A model generated the notes under the pieces. That model saw only the letters and a program-made list of their open reading frames with translations. It did no database searches and was not told the DNA's origin. This document shows, in pieces, positions 11,391 through 24,260 of a stretch of DNA of 64,000 nt. Positions within the stretch are counted from its first letter, which is position 1. Every line of letters starts with the position of its first letter. Position numbers and translations under genes: made by a program. Origin of the DNA: Oculina patagonica (taxonomy: Eukaryota); contig NC_135763.1 of assembly GCF_052425735.1 (NCBI RefSeq), positions 17,502,298 to 17,566,297 of the forward strand. Reading direction: 5' to 3'.

Positions 11391-13135
11391 AAGATACACA
11401 CCTGACATGTCTTAAATCTTAAGTATGTATCAACCAAAACTGGCGTCTTAATCGTCAGTTTTAAAGAATTTTTAGTGCTTTTCCATTCTCTTAGTCCTAA
11501 TAATGGCAATATCGAAATGAAAATAAAGTAAAAAGAAGTAACCAAAATAAAGTGAAGTTACGTAAAATGAAGTTAAGTGGAGTGAAGTTAAGTGCAACAA
11601 CTCAAAAAAACAACAATTCAATTTCGCACTTCTACAAAAACTAAAAAATAACGATCACCACATGAATATATTGTTCCTTTGATATACATTGTTTTAATCG
11701 GATAAATCCACATTATTATCAATACACGCGGCCAAATTGAAATATTCCCTCCAAAAGGTCATTTTATGCCAGTTTTCACTCTAAGATTGAATTGGTTAAG
11801 GAATTTTGGCCGGCCAACCGTCGAAAAATCAAGAAACGACGTGTTTGCTGAACACAAAAACAGTTTTTTTTTTATTAAGAATCATCTTCTTTAAAATTGA
11901 ATTCTGTTGTTAAAACAATGATTTGAAAGGAAGGTGAAATTCGTGAGATTATGCCTACCAATAGCGAAAATAGCTAATAAATAACACGCTGTGTGAATTT
12001 TAGAATGTATAAATTCGTGTATAAAATCCTCGAAGTCGTTAATAATTCAGAAGATTAAACGAAAGAAATCAAAGCCGTGACGGTGTTTAAAAACGTGTTC
12101 TTTATATGCATAGATATTTTCGCTTTTATCCCCATCCTTAGTTGTAGTTCCAGTTGTTTATATCATATATTTGAGATAGTCACACACTTCTTGGTAAGTG
12201 CTTGAATGGACGTGTACAAATAAATGTAAGGATAAATGACGTGGTACTTACCATGCTCCGAGATCAGATCGGCCAAGGGGAACCAAAATAGTCCTTCTAA
12301 AGTATCAAACAAATACATTTATTTATTTATTTTATTTATTTATATTCATTTATTTATAAATCCGTCTCTCCGTTCGTTATATACACTTAACTGCAATAAC
12401 GTTGTCATAGAAAATTGCAAATTGGAAAAAGACAAGACATTAGACATTAGAATCATGGCGGATAACGACCGCCTTCAATTTGTAGGGAAAACTTCCTAAA
12501 ATAATGTACATTGTCCCTGGGCTTCGGCTTCGAGAGTTTGACCGTTGGAAGGCAGCGCAGTCCAGCACAGTTCAAAGCGTTTTAAATTTTATGCATCACC
12601 ATGTTCATGAAAGCTCACTCGCCAATGACAAACACTCTTTGGCCCCGTCCACACTGACCCGGTAAATTTCAAAACGCATATTTTTTACCCGGATAGGCCA
12701 ACCGTCCACACTGAAACGGCGTTTTTGGTCACCGAAAACGCTCTCCAAAGTGGGTATCGTTTTCAAATTTACGCGGGTTAAAGTGGACGGAAACATTTTA
12801 CGCGGCGTTTTCAAATTTCTCCGTTTTCAAATTTACCCGGGTCAGTGTGGACGGGGTCTTATATTAACAACTAGATTAGCATAATTTATGCATTCGATTC
12901 GCCACATGTAAATTTCGACGTATAAAGCAACTGTCGAACCTTTGTCGAATATTTGACTGGCCGATTCCAAGATGTTGCATTTCAATTCCCATCTACCGAA
13001 ATTAACTGATTTAAATTTCGAACTTCACATGCATTTTTTAAAAGTCGTGAATTAGATTCGGCGAATGAGAAATGTGACGATTAAACCGGGCCTAATCTGC
13101 ATCCAGTTGCTCAGTGATAACTTCATACACCTTTT

Positions 13136-13514
13136 AGTCCAGTCCCTCAACTCTCTCTTCCGCTAGCCTTTTATAGGGGAGAGAAGAGAGAGTCCAGGTT
13201 AACTTGCATGCGCATGCTCAGAACGAACCAATAAGTGGCGCGGAGTGTGGCGTCACTTGCTTGGGACGCGCGCGACAAAATGCGCGAATAAATACGAGAA
13301 AAAATGGCTAAATTGCATCCAAAACCGATTCAATAAACAGCTACAAAATACTAGAAAGATGACGAATAACGATTTGTGTTTTGGCCGTTAGCCTTTAGTA
13401 GACACTGACTTGAAAGCTAGGCTTTTTTAAAGTTGTTCTGGTGATTCTGCTTTAGTACACCCTTTAATTAGTACACGGTCGTGTAGTTGAACTCGTCATC
13501 TGTGCGCGTGCGTT

Positions 13515-13546
<32 letters not shown>

Positions 13547-14043
13547 TATTTATATAGCGCTATTTCTATCTCTAACCAATAGCGCTTTACAAGTTATTTA
13601 CAATTAAAATTTACATATCTATATTAAAAAAAGTTACAATTTGTATATAATAAAAAGAATAAAAGATCAATAAAAGAATTAAAACGAATAAAAAGACTAA
13701 CTAATTCACCTAAGTTAATTGTAAAAATACACTAAATTATAAAAATATCTAACTAAAAGCTTTCCTAAAAAGATGTGTCTTTAGTTTGCGCTTAAACTCT
13801 GAAATGCCATTGCACGATCGAATTTCTAAAGGTAAGGCATTCCAGAGTTGTGGCGAGGCTACAGAAAAAGCTCGAAATCCGTAGCTGCGCACGTTTACAA
13901 AAGTGCTGCCAAATATGGTTTTCCGCCGATTTCAGGAGAAAAGCTGGAGCACACGTATGCAAGTTATCCTGGACTCTCTCTTCGCGCGCCTGGGTCCTAC
14001 CCCTATAAAGGGCGCGCGGAAAAGAGAGTTCAGGGACTGGACT
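13136..14043. mobile_element. Non-autonomous DNA transposon (MULE-like MITE), 908 bp, with roughly 85-bp imperfect TIRs and an 11-bp TSD ATACACCTTTT.
   Basis: The left end agtccagtccctcaactctctcttccgctagccttttataggggagagaagagagagtccagg... matches the reverse complement of the right end (...cctggactctctcttcgcgcgcctgggtcctacccctataaagggcgcgcggaaaagagagttcagggactggact). An identical direct repeat atacacctttt flanks both ends (13125..13135 and 14044..14054). The paralogous copy of the flanking sequence at 10690..10705 (tgatgacgtcatacaccttt|ccatacagccgc) is uninterrupted, i.e. an empty site. The interior carries an (AAT)9 microsatellite and an AT-rich interspersed-repeat-like segment (13516..13800). 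Confidence 0.7.
13516..13543. repeat. (AAT)9 microsatellite, inside the MULE-like element.
   Basis: Direct reading of taataataataataataataataatac. Confidence 0.9.
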
Positions 14044-15704
14044 ATACACCTTTTCGTACAGCCGCTTTTATCAACTTGTTTCTTGTATTTGTCGTGACAC
14101 AACATTTGTGACTCGAAGTGACTTTTGGTTTGCATGAATTTTTTTTACAAAATCACCTACAGCAATATGTAAAATTATCATTAATACTTCACAGGGATAA
14201 CCATCATGGTATTTGAAAGCTCTTGATTGGCTTAGATCTTATAAGAACATGGAAAAAATCATTAAAACGATTTTATTTTTCCATGTTCTCTTTAGCAAAG
14301 CTTTCTTTCGGATTGATTAGATTAAATACCCCACTTTAATTTAAATATCCCACCTAGTACTTTTCACTCTCTTCTCGGTGTTGGGAAAAGTATGCGGAAA
14401 AACTGCTGTGGGTGATTGACAAATTGCTTGAATTTCTCGGATGCATTAAGAGAGGAAACCGCAATCGTATTTTGAGCAGCATTTCATCACATGGTTGACA
14501 CACAGAAGAAACCATCTTGGTTAACTGCTAGAATGGACGTGTACAAAATTAATAAATGTAACCATTAATGTCTTGATACTTACTGTCCTGCTCTAATGTC
14601 TTGAATTTCTCGGCTGAAAATTGAAAATCCCGCACTAATATGGAACAAAAAAGTGTTGATTTATTTTAATATTAAAATAAATAAACAGAGGCTAAAATAT
14701 CAACTTAAAAGTTGATATTTTAGCCTCTCGCCACAGTTAAATATCCAAACCTGAGATGCCTTTAAATCTTTTAAGAGGCTGTCTTTCTTAAAAACACCTA
14801 CACAAAATTCGCGTCAAAAAATAATTTTGCCTGAAACTCTGTCAACTGAAAGACTTAACCGAGGCTAAAACTAAAACAGATTTGTTTTGATTCAAAATGA
14901 TTTTCTGGTCGCTTAAGGAGCCATTAAATATTTTGCCCTTTCGGGCCCGCCGCAACGTCTGAAAAAATAGAAAAAAAGGCATTTTTCGAGCCGCTGTCAA
15001 ATATTTCATTCGCATCGAACACCGACAATTTTTATATCTATTTGCTCATAAACATTTCTAGTTTTCTTATCAACTTAAAAGTTGATATTTTAGCCTCTGG
15101 CCACAGTTAAAGATCCAAACCTGACATGCCTTTAAAACTTTTAAGAGGCTGGAAATGCGAAATCAAGGATATAATGACCACTACTGATTGGCATCGAACC
15201 AAGGTTGAAAAATGGCCTTGATTTAGAAGCGAATATTTCGAATGGACGTGCACAAATAAATGTAAGGATAAATGACGTGATACTTACTGTCCTGCTCCGA
15301 AATCTGCTCGGCCAAAGATAGCAAAAAATCTTTGTCTGAAGTATCAAACACATTTATTTATTTACTTATTTATTTAATATTTACTTATTTTTTTATTTTT
15401 TTTTTTTATTCATCCATCAGTCTATCTGTCCGTTCGTTCGTCCGTTCGTCCTTTCGTTCGTTATTTACACCTAATAATTGCAATAACGTTGTCATAGAAA
15501 AAAAAAAGCAAAATAGAGAAAATACTAATAGGAACTAATTAGGCATTAACACTCGGACGTACAAGGGTTTTGGGGGGGGGGGGGGGGGTTAGATGAGAAG
15601 AGGATTTACGTTATAACACTGGAACTTTCATTAACTGTTCATTCATCCCTTGCGGAAATTTTGATGTGTCAACCATTGTGTAAACCATGTGTCAACCGTG
15701 TGTA

Positions 15705-16110
15705 CAAGCAGGTCTGGCTAAACCATCATTTTTGACATTTTTCTTTATTTTTTTCAGTTTTGTAAAACAAAATTGTACAATTTGCTAAATTTTACATTCC
15801 ATAGGCATTCTAGCCTGCTTTTGTATAAATTTCCGTTATTTTCTGACTTTCTAAGTAAATGGTGATATCCAAGATGGCGGCTCGAAGATGGCGGCTCTAA
15901 TAACGTCATATGTCACGTCACAGCCAAAACAATTGTCAACTTGTAGAGTATGCTAAGGGCTTTTTACCAAGAGGAAAATATTTTCGCTGCGCCTAAATCG
16001 AACGAAAATGCTCGGAAGGGGTTCCATCCATTTCCCCCCCCCCCCCCGCCCCTCCCCGGTTGGGGTATGAATTTGATTGTACGTCCGAGGATTAATATGT
16101 TATGTTTGAA
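15705..16110 (+). repeat. Repeat family X, copy 2 (poly-C tract at 16037..16060).
   Basis: Alignment to copies 1 and 3. The track ORF 15950..16198 translates the poly-C tract as a PPPPPPLPG run and is spurious. Confidence 0.6.
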
Positions 16111-17282
16111 ATTCGCCCTAAGAAGCGGTCTCATAACGCATCAAAATACACTTAAATCAATTTATCTTTTCACACGATTGATATTTGTACAGAGATAAAC
16201 TCGCGAGTTTCCTCTGTAAATGCTACCAGCTATGATGATTAAGGTTACTAATTCCTACTTGGCATTTTTTTTTTAATATGATAACGTTATTACAATTAGT
16301 TTTATATCCAGTTGATCGTTTAGCCTTTGACCTTTGTCCACGATTAAATATCGATAAGATAATTAACTGTCCATAAGGCAGTTCTACTGACGTCTAAAGT
16401 TTTAAAAGCTTAAGTAAGTCGCATTGTATACTCATTGACAGCATCTTCATATGCATTACAAATGTGAACAAATACTCGACAATAACCAAACCTCGTCGAG
16501 GAATCGAACACAGTTAAAGTTATGTCTGATTATGAGTAGACAGATAGATACGTTGAATTGATATTGTAGTGAAAATAAACAAACAGCATAACTGAGACAC
16601 AAATGACATATGACTTATGACCGCGGTCTAATTTCCAAAAGTTTGTCAGTGGTGGCGATTTTTTAGGCCATTCACCTTTTCGTACAGCCGCTTTTATCAG
16701 CACGTTACTTGTATTTGGCTTGACACACTGTTGACACAACATTTTGTGACTCGAAGGTGGCATTTATTTTTTACAGGCGCATTCAATTTGGCACAAAATC
16801 CCTTATGAACACTTATAAAGAATCTTGAATTATGAAAGAGAGTATAAAAGAAAAGTCTTTAACTGTTGTTGTGGATTTAAGGTGACGCTTTTTTGGGCGT
16901 TACCATTGATGTCATTCGTCCATTGGGACCTGAAAATTTGGCCCTTTTCAAGCATCCTTGGTTTAATCCTGCGGTTTCAGAAACATCTTTGTACATAAAA
17001 TGTGTATACAATTTGCATCATACTTACACTTTTTCGTCGTATCACTGCACATCATCGCTGACGAAATAAAAATGAATAGTTATAAAGATATTTTAGTATC
17101 TGGTTAGTCTCTTATTCTTTTATCTCCATTAAACATCGATAAAACTTGACGTTAAATTTGCAAGATGCCTGAAATTTTTAGCATAGGGTTGATACAAAAA
17201 ATGGAAGTACATTTCGAGATACTTACGCAATTCCATGCTTAAACCTTGCGGTTGAATAGCCTATTCGCTGTTTTCACCGTTC

Positions 17283-17412
17283 CCATAATACATCTTGTTT
17301 ACCCCCCAAAATTTTTGCATAAGCATTGTTTTCAATTTCTCTTGGGATTTACAGTGACGTGCAATCGTCCCCAGAGAAATTGAAAACAATGCTTATGCAA
17401 AAATTTTGGGGG
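17283..17412. repeat. Foldback element (ccccccaaaatttttgcataagcattgttttcaatttctc / gagaaattgaaaacaatgcttatgcaaaaattttgggggg).
   Basis: The 40-bp arms are exact reverse complements around a roughly 50-bp loop. Confidence 0.55.
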
Positions 17413-20400
17413 GTTATTTAAATAAAACAAGATGTATTATGGGATCGTGAAAAAAGCGAATATGAAAAAGAAAATAAATGAATAAATAAATATGTAAATA
17501 AATAAAGAACCAAACAAAATAAATAGATAAAAACAGAACAAAAGGAACAGCCAATCAAATGGGCCGTTTTAAAATCGCTTTGTACTGGAGTTTGAAACGG
17601 TTGATTTGATTGGCTTGATTTGAAACTCCCTTTGTTAAAATGTGCCAAGAGCCACTTGTTTCTCGTGCACAGGCTCGGCCGGCTAAGAGGGAAAATCGGC
17701 TCTGGCCAAGAGAATGATGGAAAATTAAGAAATATCAGATGCTTTTCTTGTTTTCTTGCGGAAAAGAGCATGCAGTAGGGTAGATGAAAAAATACCAGCC
17801 AAATGCGACGTAGAGGGTTGTGCCGCACAACGTCGGAGCTTACAAGTGGGCATAGTGCTTCACACTATACCATTTTATAGAACTGGATCTTCCAGAAACA
17901 AAGAAACGGACACAATAATTATATGTACCAAGCACCTACTATTCTGAGGTCTATTCTCCTCTGTACGTAGCGTGGCACCCCAAAATATACATACTGTATT
18001 TTCTGTTTTCTATTGGTCATACGCTGTTTCTTTCTAGCAAAAAGTATCGTACGACCAAATACAAGCCTGATACGATATTTTTTTCATTGATATCGAAAAA
18101 ACTAAAACGTTTTCTCCCTTTTCGCTCCAAGTACTAAAGCTAAGAGTATTTCAGCCGGACGTTTAATGGAAGTCCACGGAAGTCAAAGATGAATTTCTAT
18201 CCAGCGACGCGGAAAAGTGGGAAGAATTGCCGTATACCAACCGCGTCCAGCAGCCAACTTGAAAGCGGAGTAGACCCTGTGAACGAGGTTGACCGTCTTC
18301 GATTTTTTCCGTGTAACCCCCCCCCCCCGGGGGGGAGTACTCCCATAAATTTCGGATAGTTTTGTGCCGCGAAGGTTCTTAAAGGAGAAGTTCAATCCAG
18401 AATGGCCATTTATTTTCTTTACACCAATAAAAAGTTTACACAAAGATATGCTATTCACCAAAATTTCAGCCTCCAACGTGCGCTTTAACCCTACGAAATC
18501 TTTCCCAAAACTCGACAACTGAACGCCGCCATCTTGGAGGTGGTAATGTATGCGTGACGTCAAAGAGCACAGCCTAAAGTTTGGCGGGGAAATTTAAATA
18601 CTCGAAACTCCTTGTTTCTTCGTAGTGGCTTTTGTTTGTCAAAATGCCTGTTTGTGCAGCTCCATTTTGCTCAAACAGAGCTCCAAAAAATTCAAAAAAC
18701 AAGGAGTTTTTCCAGGAACACAATGCCAAAAGGAGCAAAAATGATACTCTATTTTTACCCTATCCCTACCCTATCTCGCGACACATAGCTAAATAGCCCA
18801 TATATGGGAGTACCCCCCCCCCCCCGGGCGTGTTAAACGGAACGTTACAACACAAGCGCCTCGAATCGAATGCAGACCTCTGTGTAAACACCGCAATTTA
18901 TTTATGTTTGTGAAAGAAAAGAGACAGAATTGTCGGTCGATAATCTGCGTGCCCATGAAACATCGCCTGAACTGAGTAAAACTAATATCAATCAAGACTG
19001 CGTGATATGAACCGTAGACGAAAATCTTTAGCTTTACCGATTCAGCTGTCAGTCAGAAAGCAGATTTGCTTTGTTAACGTCACACATTCTGTTCGGCGTT
19101 TAACGCTGTGCTTTCTTGGCAGCGAAAATGTTAGCCGGCCAAAGCTCATCTGTGATTCAGAATACACCACGGGGCCCCAGTCGTATTAAATAATTTTGTT
19201 GCAGAAAGCCCCAGAGGGTCTTCGATAAAGAGGGAACTGAGGGCCCGGGACGGGCTGAATCTGAGCTGATCGTTGTTCTCGATGTCACACACTCGTTAGA
19301 CTTTCGTTTTCCAATGGATCTCTCATGAACAGGCATAGAAAATGGGCCGGAGGATTTAACCAAACCATAAAATCCTTCCTATTAACTGATATATGATAAT
19401 TTCGTCGACATAAGAAGTGACTGCTACCTTCGTCTTTCTGTGTTTCCTTCGCTCGCTTTACTCGCCCCTCGTGCTTCACGTTCGCGCTCGCCGTTTCTCG
19501 CGCGTTTCTTTTTTAAAAGTTGGAGAGACTGTGACAAGTATATAAATACATATTCGATCGACCGATGGTTAAAATAACGAGTCACTGTGTAATGTTTTGA
19601 GCAGAGTCTAGCGGACTACTCCAACGGAAGAAAGAAATGAGTTAAGAGAAAATTGTCAATTCTACGATTGCAGACAGTTAAAGCGGTTATTAGCTTGATT
19701 CTGAAATGTCTGTGCCCGTCATGTCTTGAAAATACTGAAACTACTCGACTATGAATATAGGACGATTAAGGAATATTCTCACAAACGGCCCTGCAACTAA
19801 TTGTGCGAATCACTCAAGTTTAGGTTTGGCGATACTAGTGACACTTACTTTCGACGTTTTCCTTCGAGTTTACGATGTTGATCGAATACGACAATGCAAC
19901 CGAACGCACGAGTCGCTTTCCAAGTAATGCTACCCACAATGTGAAACATATAAAGCTTCAGAAATATCTGAAACCAAGTCTTAAAGTCATATTTGAAAGG
20001 TTTAAACGTACCTGTCGTGTCGTACACTATTAGTACAAGAGATCGAAGAGCTTTCCTTCCAGTGAAAACTGATAGGTTATAATTGGAAAGTGAAAGGCAT
20101 GTTGAAAGTGAAAGGGACTTCCCCTCTTATGATTTTTGGCGACGTTGCACATTTTTTTTACTATTGTTTTCACCTGACCGTTGCCTCGAACACGAAGGTA
20201 ATTACTAAGCACTTTCATTTTTGTTTTCAATGACAAAAAGGAAAACGTTTTTAAACCAATTGAATACATTTAGAGAAAAAATAGTGTACTTTATGGCCTC
20301 GAAATACGGTAGGTCTGTTTTATCTAACCAAGAGGCCTTTTAAGGCATGCTTATCATATTAAATTAAAATTAATGATAAGCATGTCCTTTGTACCGCAAG

Positions 20401-21508
20401 ATTCACTTAAAACAATAAAACAGAAACAAACAAAGTGATCATATGACAGAAGGGAAAAACCCCTTCGTTTTAAGTTGTGCGCCCGTTTTGTGTCGGAGAA
20501 CTAAACTTGGCAAAGGAAAGAATATTTCCATTTCAGCTTCAGAGGCCTGAAAATTTGCCGTTTGTAGGTGATCCATGAAGGTACTATGATCACGATCAGT
20601 AGATATATATATACATGTATAATAACACTTCCGATAACTTCAGTAGAACCTCATATCAGACCGAAACTAAGCGAGCAGTAAGGAACACGCAATTTTGTCG
20701 TCCATATTTGAGCTTAAATCAATGTTATAGGGAGGTACAAGTATAATTGTTTCTACATTTTGACAAAGCAATCGAATGCACTCTCAAGTCAACAGAGAGT
20801 GGCGACACCCAGGTTAAAATGTTCTGTATGTGTGTTTAAAATTGCCCCAAATTATTCTCTATATTAGTTGAGAAAAGACAGGATCGCGCGGGTTACAGCG
20901 TGGCAACGCGTGATAACACGCGTGACCCCACGTTCTAATTCTCGCCGCGAAAGCGATCCATTTAGACGAGGAATATTTTCCCGTAACGACGCAACAAAAC
21001 TATCTTATTAATAGAATCACAAAAACCTGAAGCAATAAAAGACAGTAAAGACGGATCCGGCTACAAAATCGCCTCACCAGGCAATTTGAAAGATTCAAAA
21101 TGCACTGAGCGTGGATGAAAAATATATTTTAAACTAGTGGTAACCACAGGTTAAAAAGTGCGGGCCTTGACGCACATAGACAAGGTACCGGTAGGCAGTG
21201 CCGATAAATTAATGACTGAAATGATAAAATGGACAAAAGACAATTATTCTGAGTAACGCGTCACGCAAGGATTTTTGCGGTGCAGTGTGAATTGAGATGT
21301 GATTTTTCTCAGTCGGTAAACTCGCTATGTTGTAAGTGTTATAACGAATTTCTCGACAATAACCGTTGTTAGAATCATTCGCTTTCCCGTAATTTATCTG
21401 TGTCGATAAATAAATGATAAAATGGACAAAAGACAATTATTCCGAGTAACGGGGATGCATGTTAATAGTTTTGCTTATTGCCGCCAACCGATCAAAGTTA
21501 TCTTTTGA

Positions 21509-22114
21509 CAGGACGTAACAAGTCGATCAAAGTCGATCATCGGAAACGTAGTCGATAAGTCGATAGTGCTCGATATTTGTCGATAATCGTCAATCGACAA
21601 GTTTAATTTGTCGATAAAAGTCGATAATCACAAGATTTTCAACTGATTATCGACTTTTATCGACAAATTAAACTTGTTGATTGACAATTATCGACAAATA
21701 TCGAGCACTATCGAAACCAGTAATAGCTCGAACAAATTTTATATGGAAGTGTATTATTCCGTCCGTATAGCAATAAAGTTTAATAAAGAAAAGGGTAGTT
21801 TCTTTTTGTTTTTTCAGGTTTATTCGTGCTTCCAATTACAGTGTTAAAACGGTAAAATAAAGTCTTGGCATAACCAATCCTGCTTCATTAGTATGTGCGC
21901 GGCAACTGTAGTCTTGCCACAGTTTTTTGTATTTCCGATACTTGTCGATCGCAGTCGATCAAAATTGATTTAAATCGATCAAAGTCGATAATCACAAGAA
22001 ATTGTGTGATCGACTTTTATCGATTTCCGATATCTGTCGATCGATTAGTATCGAATTCGATCGACACCGATCGAATTTTATCGACTATCGAAATTATCGA
22101 CTTGTTACGTCCTG
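21509..22114. mobile_element. MITE/foldback-type element (about 606 bp) with TIRs caggacgtaacaagtcgat / atcgacttgttacgtcctg, internal TCGAT/ATCGAC-rich hairpins, and a probable 7-bp TSD CTTTTGA.
   Basis: The terminal 19-mers are reverse complements. CTTTTGA occurs at 21502..21508 and 22115..22121. Two internal near-perfect hairpins lie at about 21560..21715 (centre about 21640) and about 21940..22110. The element sits among local direct duplications (21280..21375 vs 22150..22245; 21225..21265 vs 21410..21455). Confidence 0.5.
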
Positions 22115-22984
22115 CTTTTGATTGTCGATTTGGGAATTGTAATCGAGCACGCGGTGTGAACTGATCGGGATGTGAATTTTTCTCAGTCGGTTAACTCGCT
22201 ATGTTGTCAGTGTTATAACGAATTTCTCGACAATAAGCAACACATAACGCCTTCCATGTGACAGAAGGTTTAGATCTTATGTGACAAGCTGTTGTGAGAT
22301 TAACTTATTTTTCGCATTCGTTCTTGGAGAACAGATTTTTCTCTTCCGGTGTTACGACAAACTGTCGTGATTGACACATTTTCGCATTCCGATCGTGCTT
22401 AGTGGAAGAACAAAAATTTTCAACTTCCGCTTCTCTTTTCGGTTTATAAACGTGGCGCGCACGCGTAAAACGCAACCCGCTGGTCACTGTCAAGATTAGG
22501 GTTGCGGGCCTCTCTTGGGCCCGCAACAACGACAAAAATTAAATACTGCGTGCAACAAGGCACAGTTTTATGCATCGTTATTGTTTGCACAAGCATGCAG
22601 TATGCAGTATGCAGTATGCATTTTAGGACTATAAAAATGCATGTCCAAATAGCTTAAGTTTATGAGCATTGGTCGATGCATTAGTCAACATCGCAACTGC
22701 ATCATCTTTTAACCATCGGACGTACAAGGGACTGTAGTGGGACACTTTGTCGCGTAACCGGTCGAAACCGGTCGTCAGAAAGAGCACGTGTAGTCGTGTA
22801 GTATTCATGTTGTTGATCCTCGTACGTTGAATAAAGGCTTTTGTGTTTACTGCGAGCAACGACGTCCACAGGCCGGCGGGGCTGTGGGGAATGCCCTTCC
22901 TTGAGGTTTTTCGTAATTTCTAAAGGAGGATTTACTTTATGATGCTTTTTTTTTTCTTTACTTTATAATGATTTTTGACGTTGT

Positions 22985-23400
22985 CTTGGCAACGTCATAA
23001 TTATAAGCAGGTCTCGTCATTTTTTCTATAGTTTTTTTTGCAGTTTTTTTTTTAACAAAAGTTGTACGATTTGTTTAATTTTTCATTGCGTAGACATTCT
23101 GGCCTGATTTTGCATCAATTTCCATTATATTTTCTGACTTTCTATATATAATAATGGTGAAATCGGTTCTTATGACATCATATGATGCCATAGGACGCCA
23201 CAGCCAATAATAATTACGTCACATTGTAGAGTAAGCCATATAAGGGTTTTTTAATCAGTGCAAAATAGTTAAGCTGTGCGTTAATAAAACGAAAACCCGT
23301 AGTAGAGGTTTTATCCACCCCCAACCCTCTTGTACGATGGCGGGGTACGGATTTGCTTGTTTGTCCGTCGGTTGATTAATAACTTCTTGATGAATTTATA
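22985..23400 (+). repeat. Repeat family X, copy 3 (poly-C tract degenerated to atccacccccaaccctc).
   Basis: Alignment to copies 1 and 2. Confidence 0.55.
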
Positions 23401-24174
23401 TGAAAAGAGAGCATTAATACGAACCCATGTCGGTGACGCAAAAGCAAATGGAACAAAAGCAATTTGATTCCGTTACAACAAAGATGGCCAACAGATTCAC
23501 CATGTTCACAAAATGTTTAGCAACATCTGAGGGAGGGAGTGGAGGGTGGAAGGAGTTAATCTGCTTTCGGCTACGATACTCGTATTTTGCACTCTGCAAA
23601 TAGACGTAAAAAAGAAACACGTAAATAAGGAATGAAAAAATTGCAGTGTCTCACTAGAGTATTACAACCAATCAGATTTTTGAAGAAAAAATTATCAAAG
23701 TTCCGTGCCTCTGAGCTGGCTAGATTGATCCTGGTTGCTTGTTTGTTCGTTTTTACTCGTGAATGCATAATGAACGAGTATAGTGGGGAAGTTTAGCCAT
23801 CCGTCCATCCTTCCATCGTTGTTAACATTATGCAAATTGGGTATGCTCACGGGCGCTTTCTAAATTTCGTTTCCCTCGGCTGTGAATGAAAATACAGCTT
23901 TACAAAGGTATCAGTTCAAAGAATTAAGTGTGGAAAATACTTCACCGCTGTAAATGAGAAACAATCGTTTCCCAAACGATGAAATATTGCCTTTTCCTTC
24001 CATAATAATCGCGAACATTCGGAAACGATGACCAGTGACTTTATGTATGTGTTATTAAAAGACTGGGAAGGTTAGAGCACGGCACGATTTATTAAAGGAT
24101 AATCAGTAAAAGAGTAACGAAACTCTATACAAGACAGATATGTATATAATATCCGTGGAAAAAAAATAAGACGA

Positions 24175-24260
24175 AAAAAAGAATTTGAGCCACAGGGTAT
24201 GAGAGTCGATCCCGGGTAATACGCTTTAGAACGCAGAACTATACCACTGAGCCATCGGTT
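24175..24260 (-). pseudogene. tRNA-derived sequence (degenerate tRNA-Gly-like, probably a SINE head or tRNA pseudogene).
   Basis: The minus strand reads ...GGCTCAGTGGTATAGTTCTGCGTTCTAAAGCGTATTACCCGGGATCGACTCTCATACC... It resembles D-arm (GCTCAGTGGTA.AG) and T-arm (CCCGGGTTCGA) consensus, but the anticodon and T stems do not pair, so it is not a functional tRNA. Confidence 0.35.

Noticed and set aside
13990-14010. TATA box (cctataaaggg) as a gene promoter, with its inverted twin at about 13176
   Set aside because: Both lie within the TIRs of the MULE-like element 13136..14043. The similarity is explained by the inverted-repeat structure. No downstream exon was found, though transposon-borne promoter activity is not excluded.
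15950-16198. Track ORF with a PPPPPPLPGWG run
   Set aside because: It is a translation of the poly-C tract inside repeat family X copy 2.
18183-18563. 126-aa track ORF (minus)
   Set aside because: It has no splice context or composition bias typical of the real exons here. It spans the C12G7 tract at 18314..18336, which lies between the two inverted poly-C/gggagtac segments.
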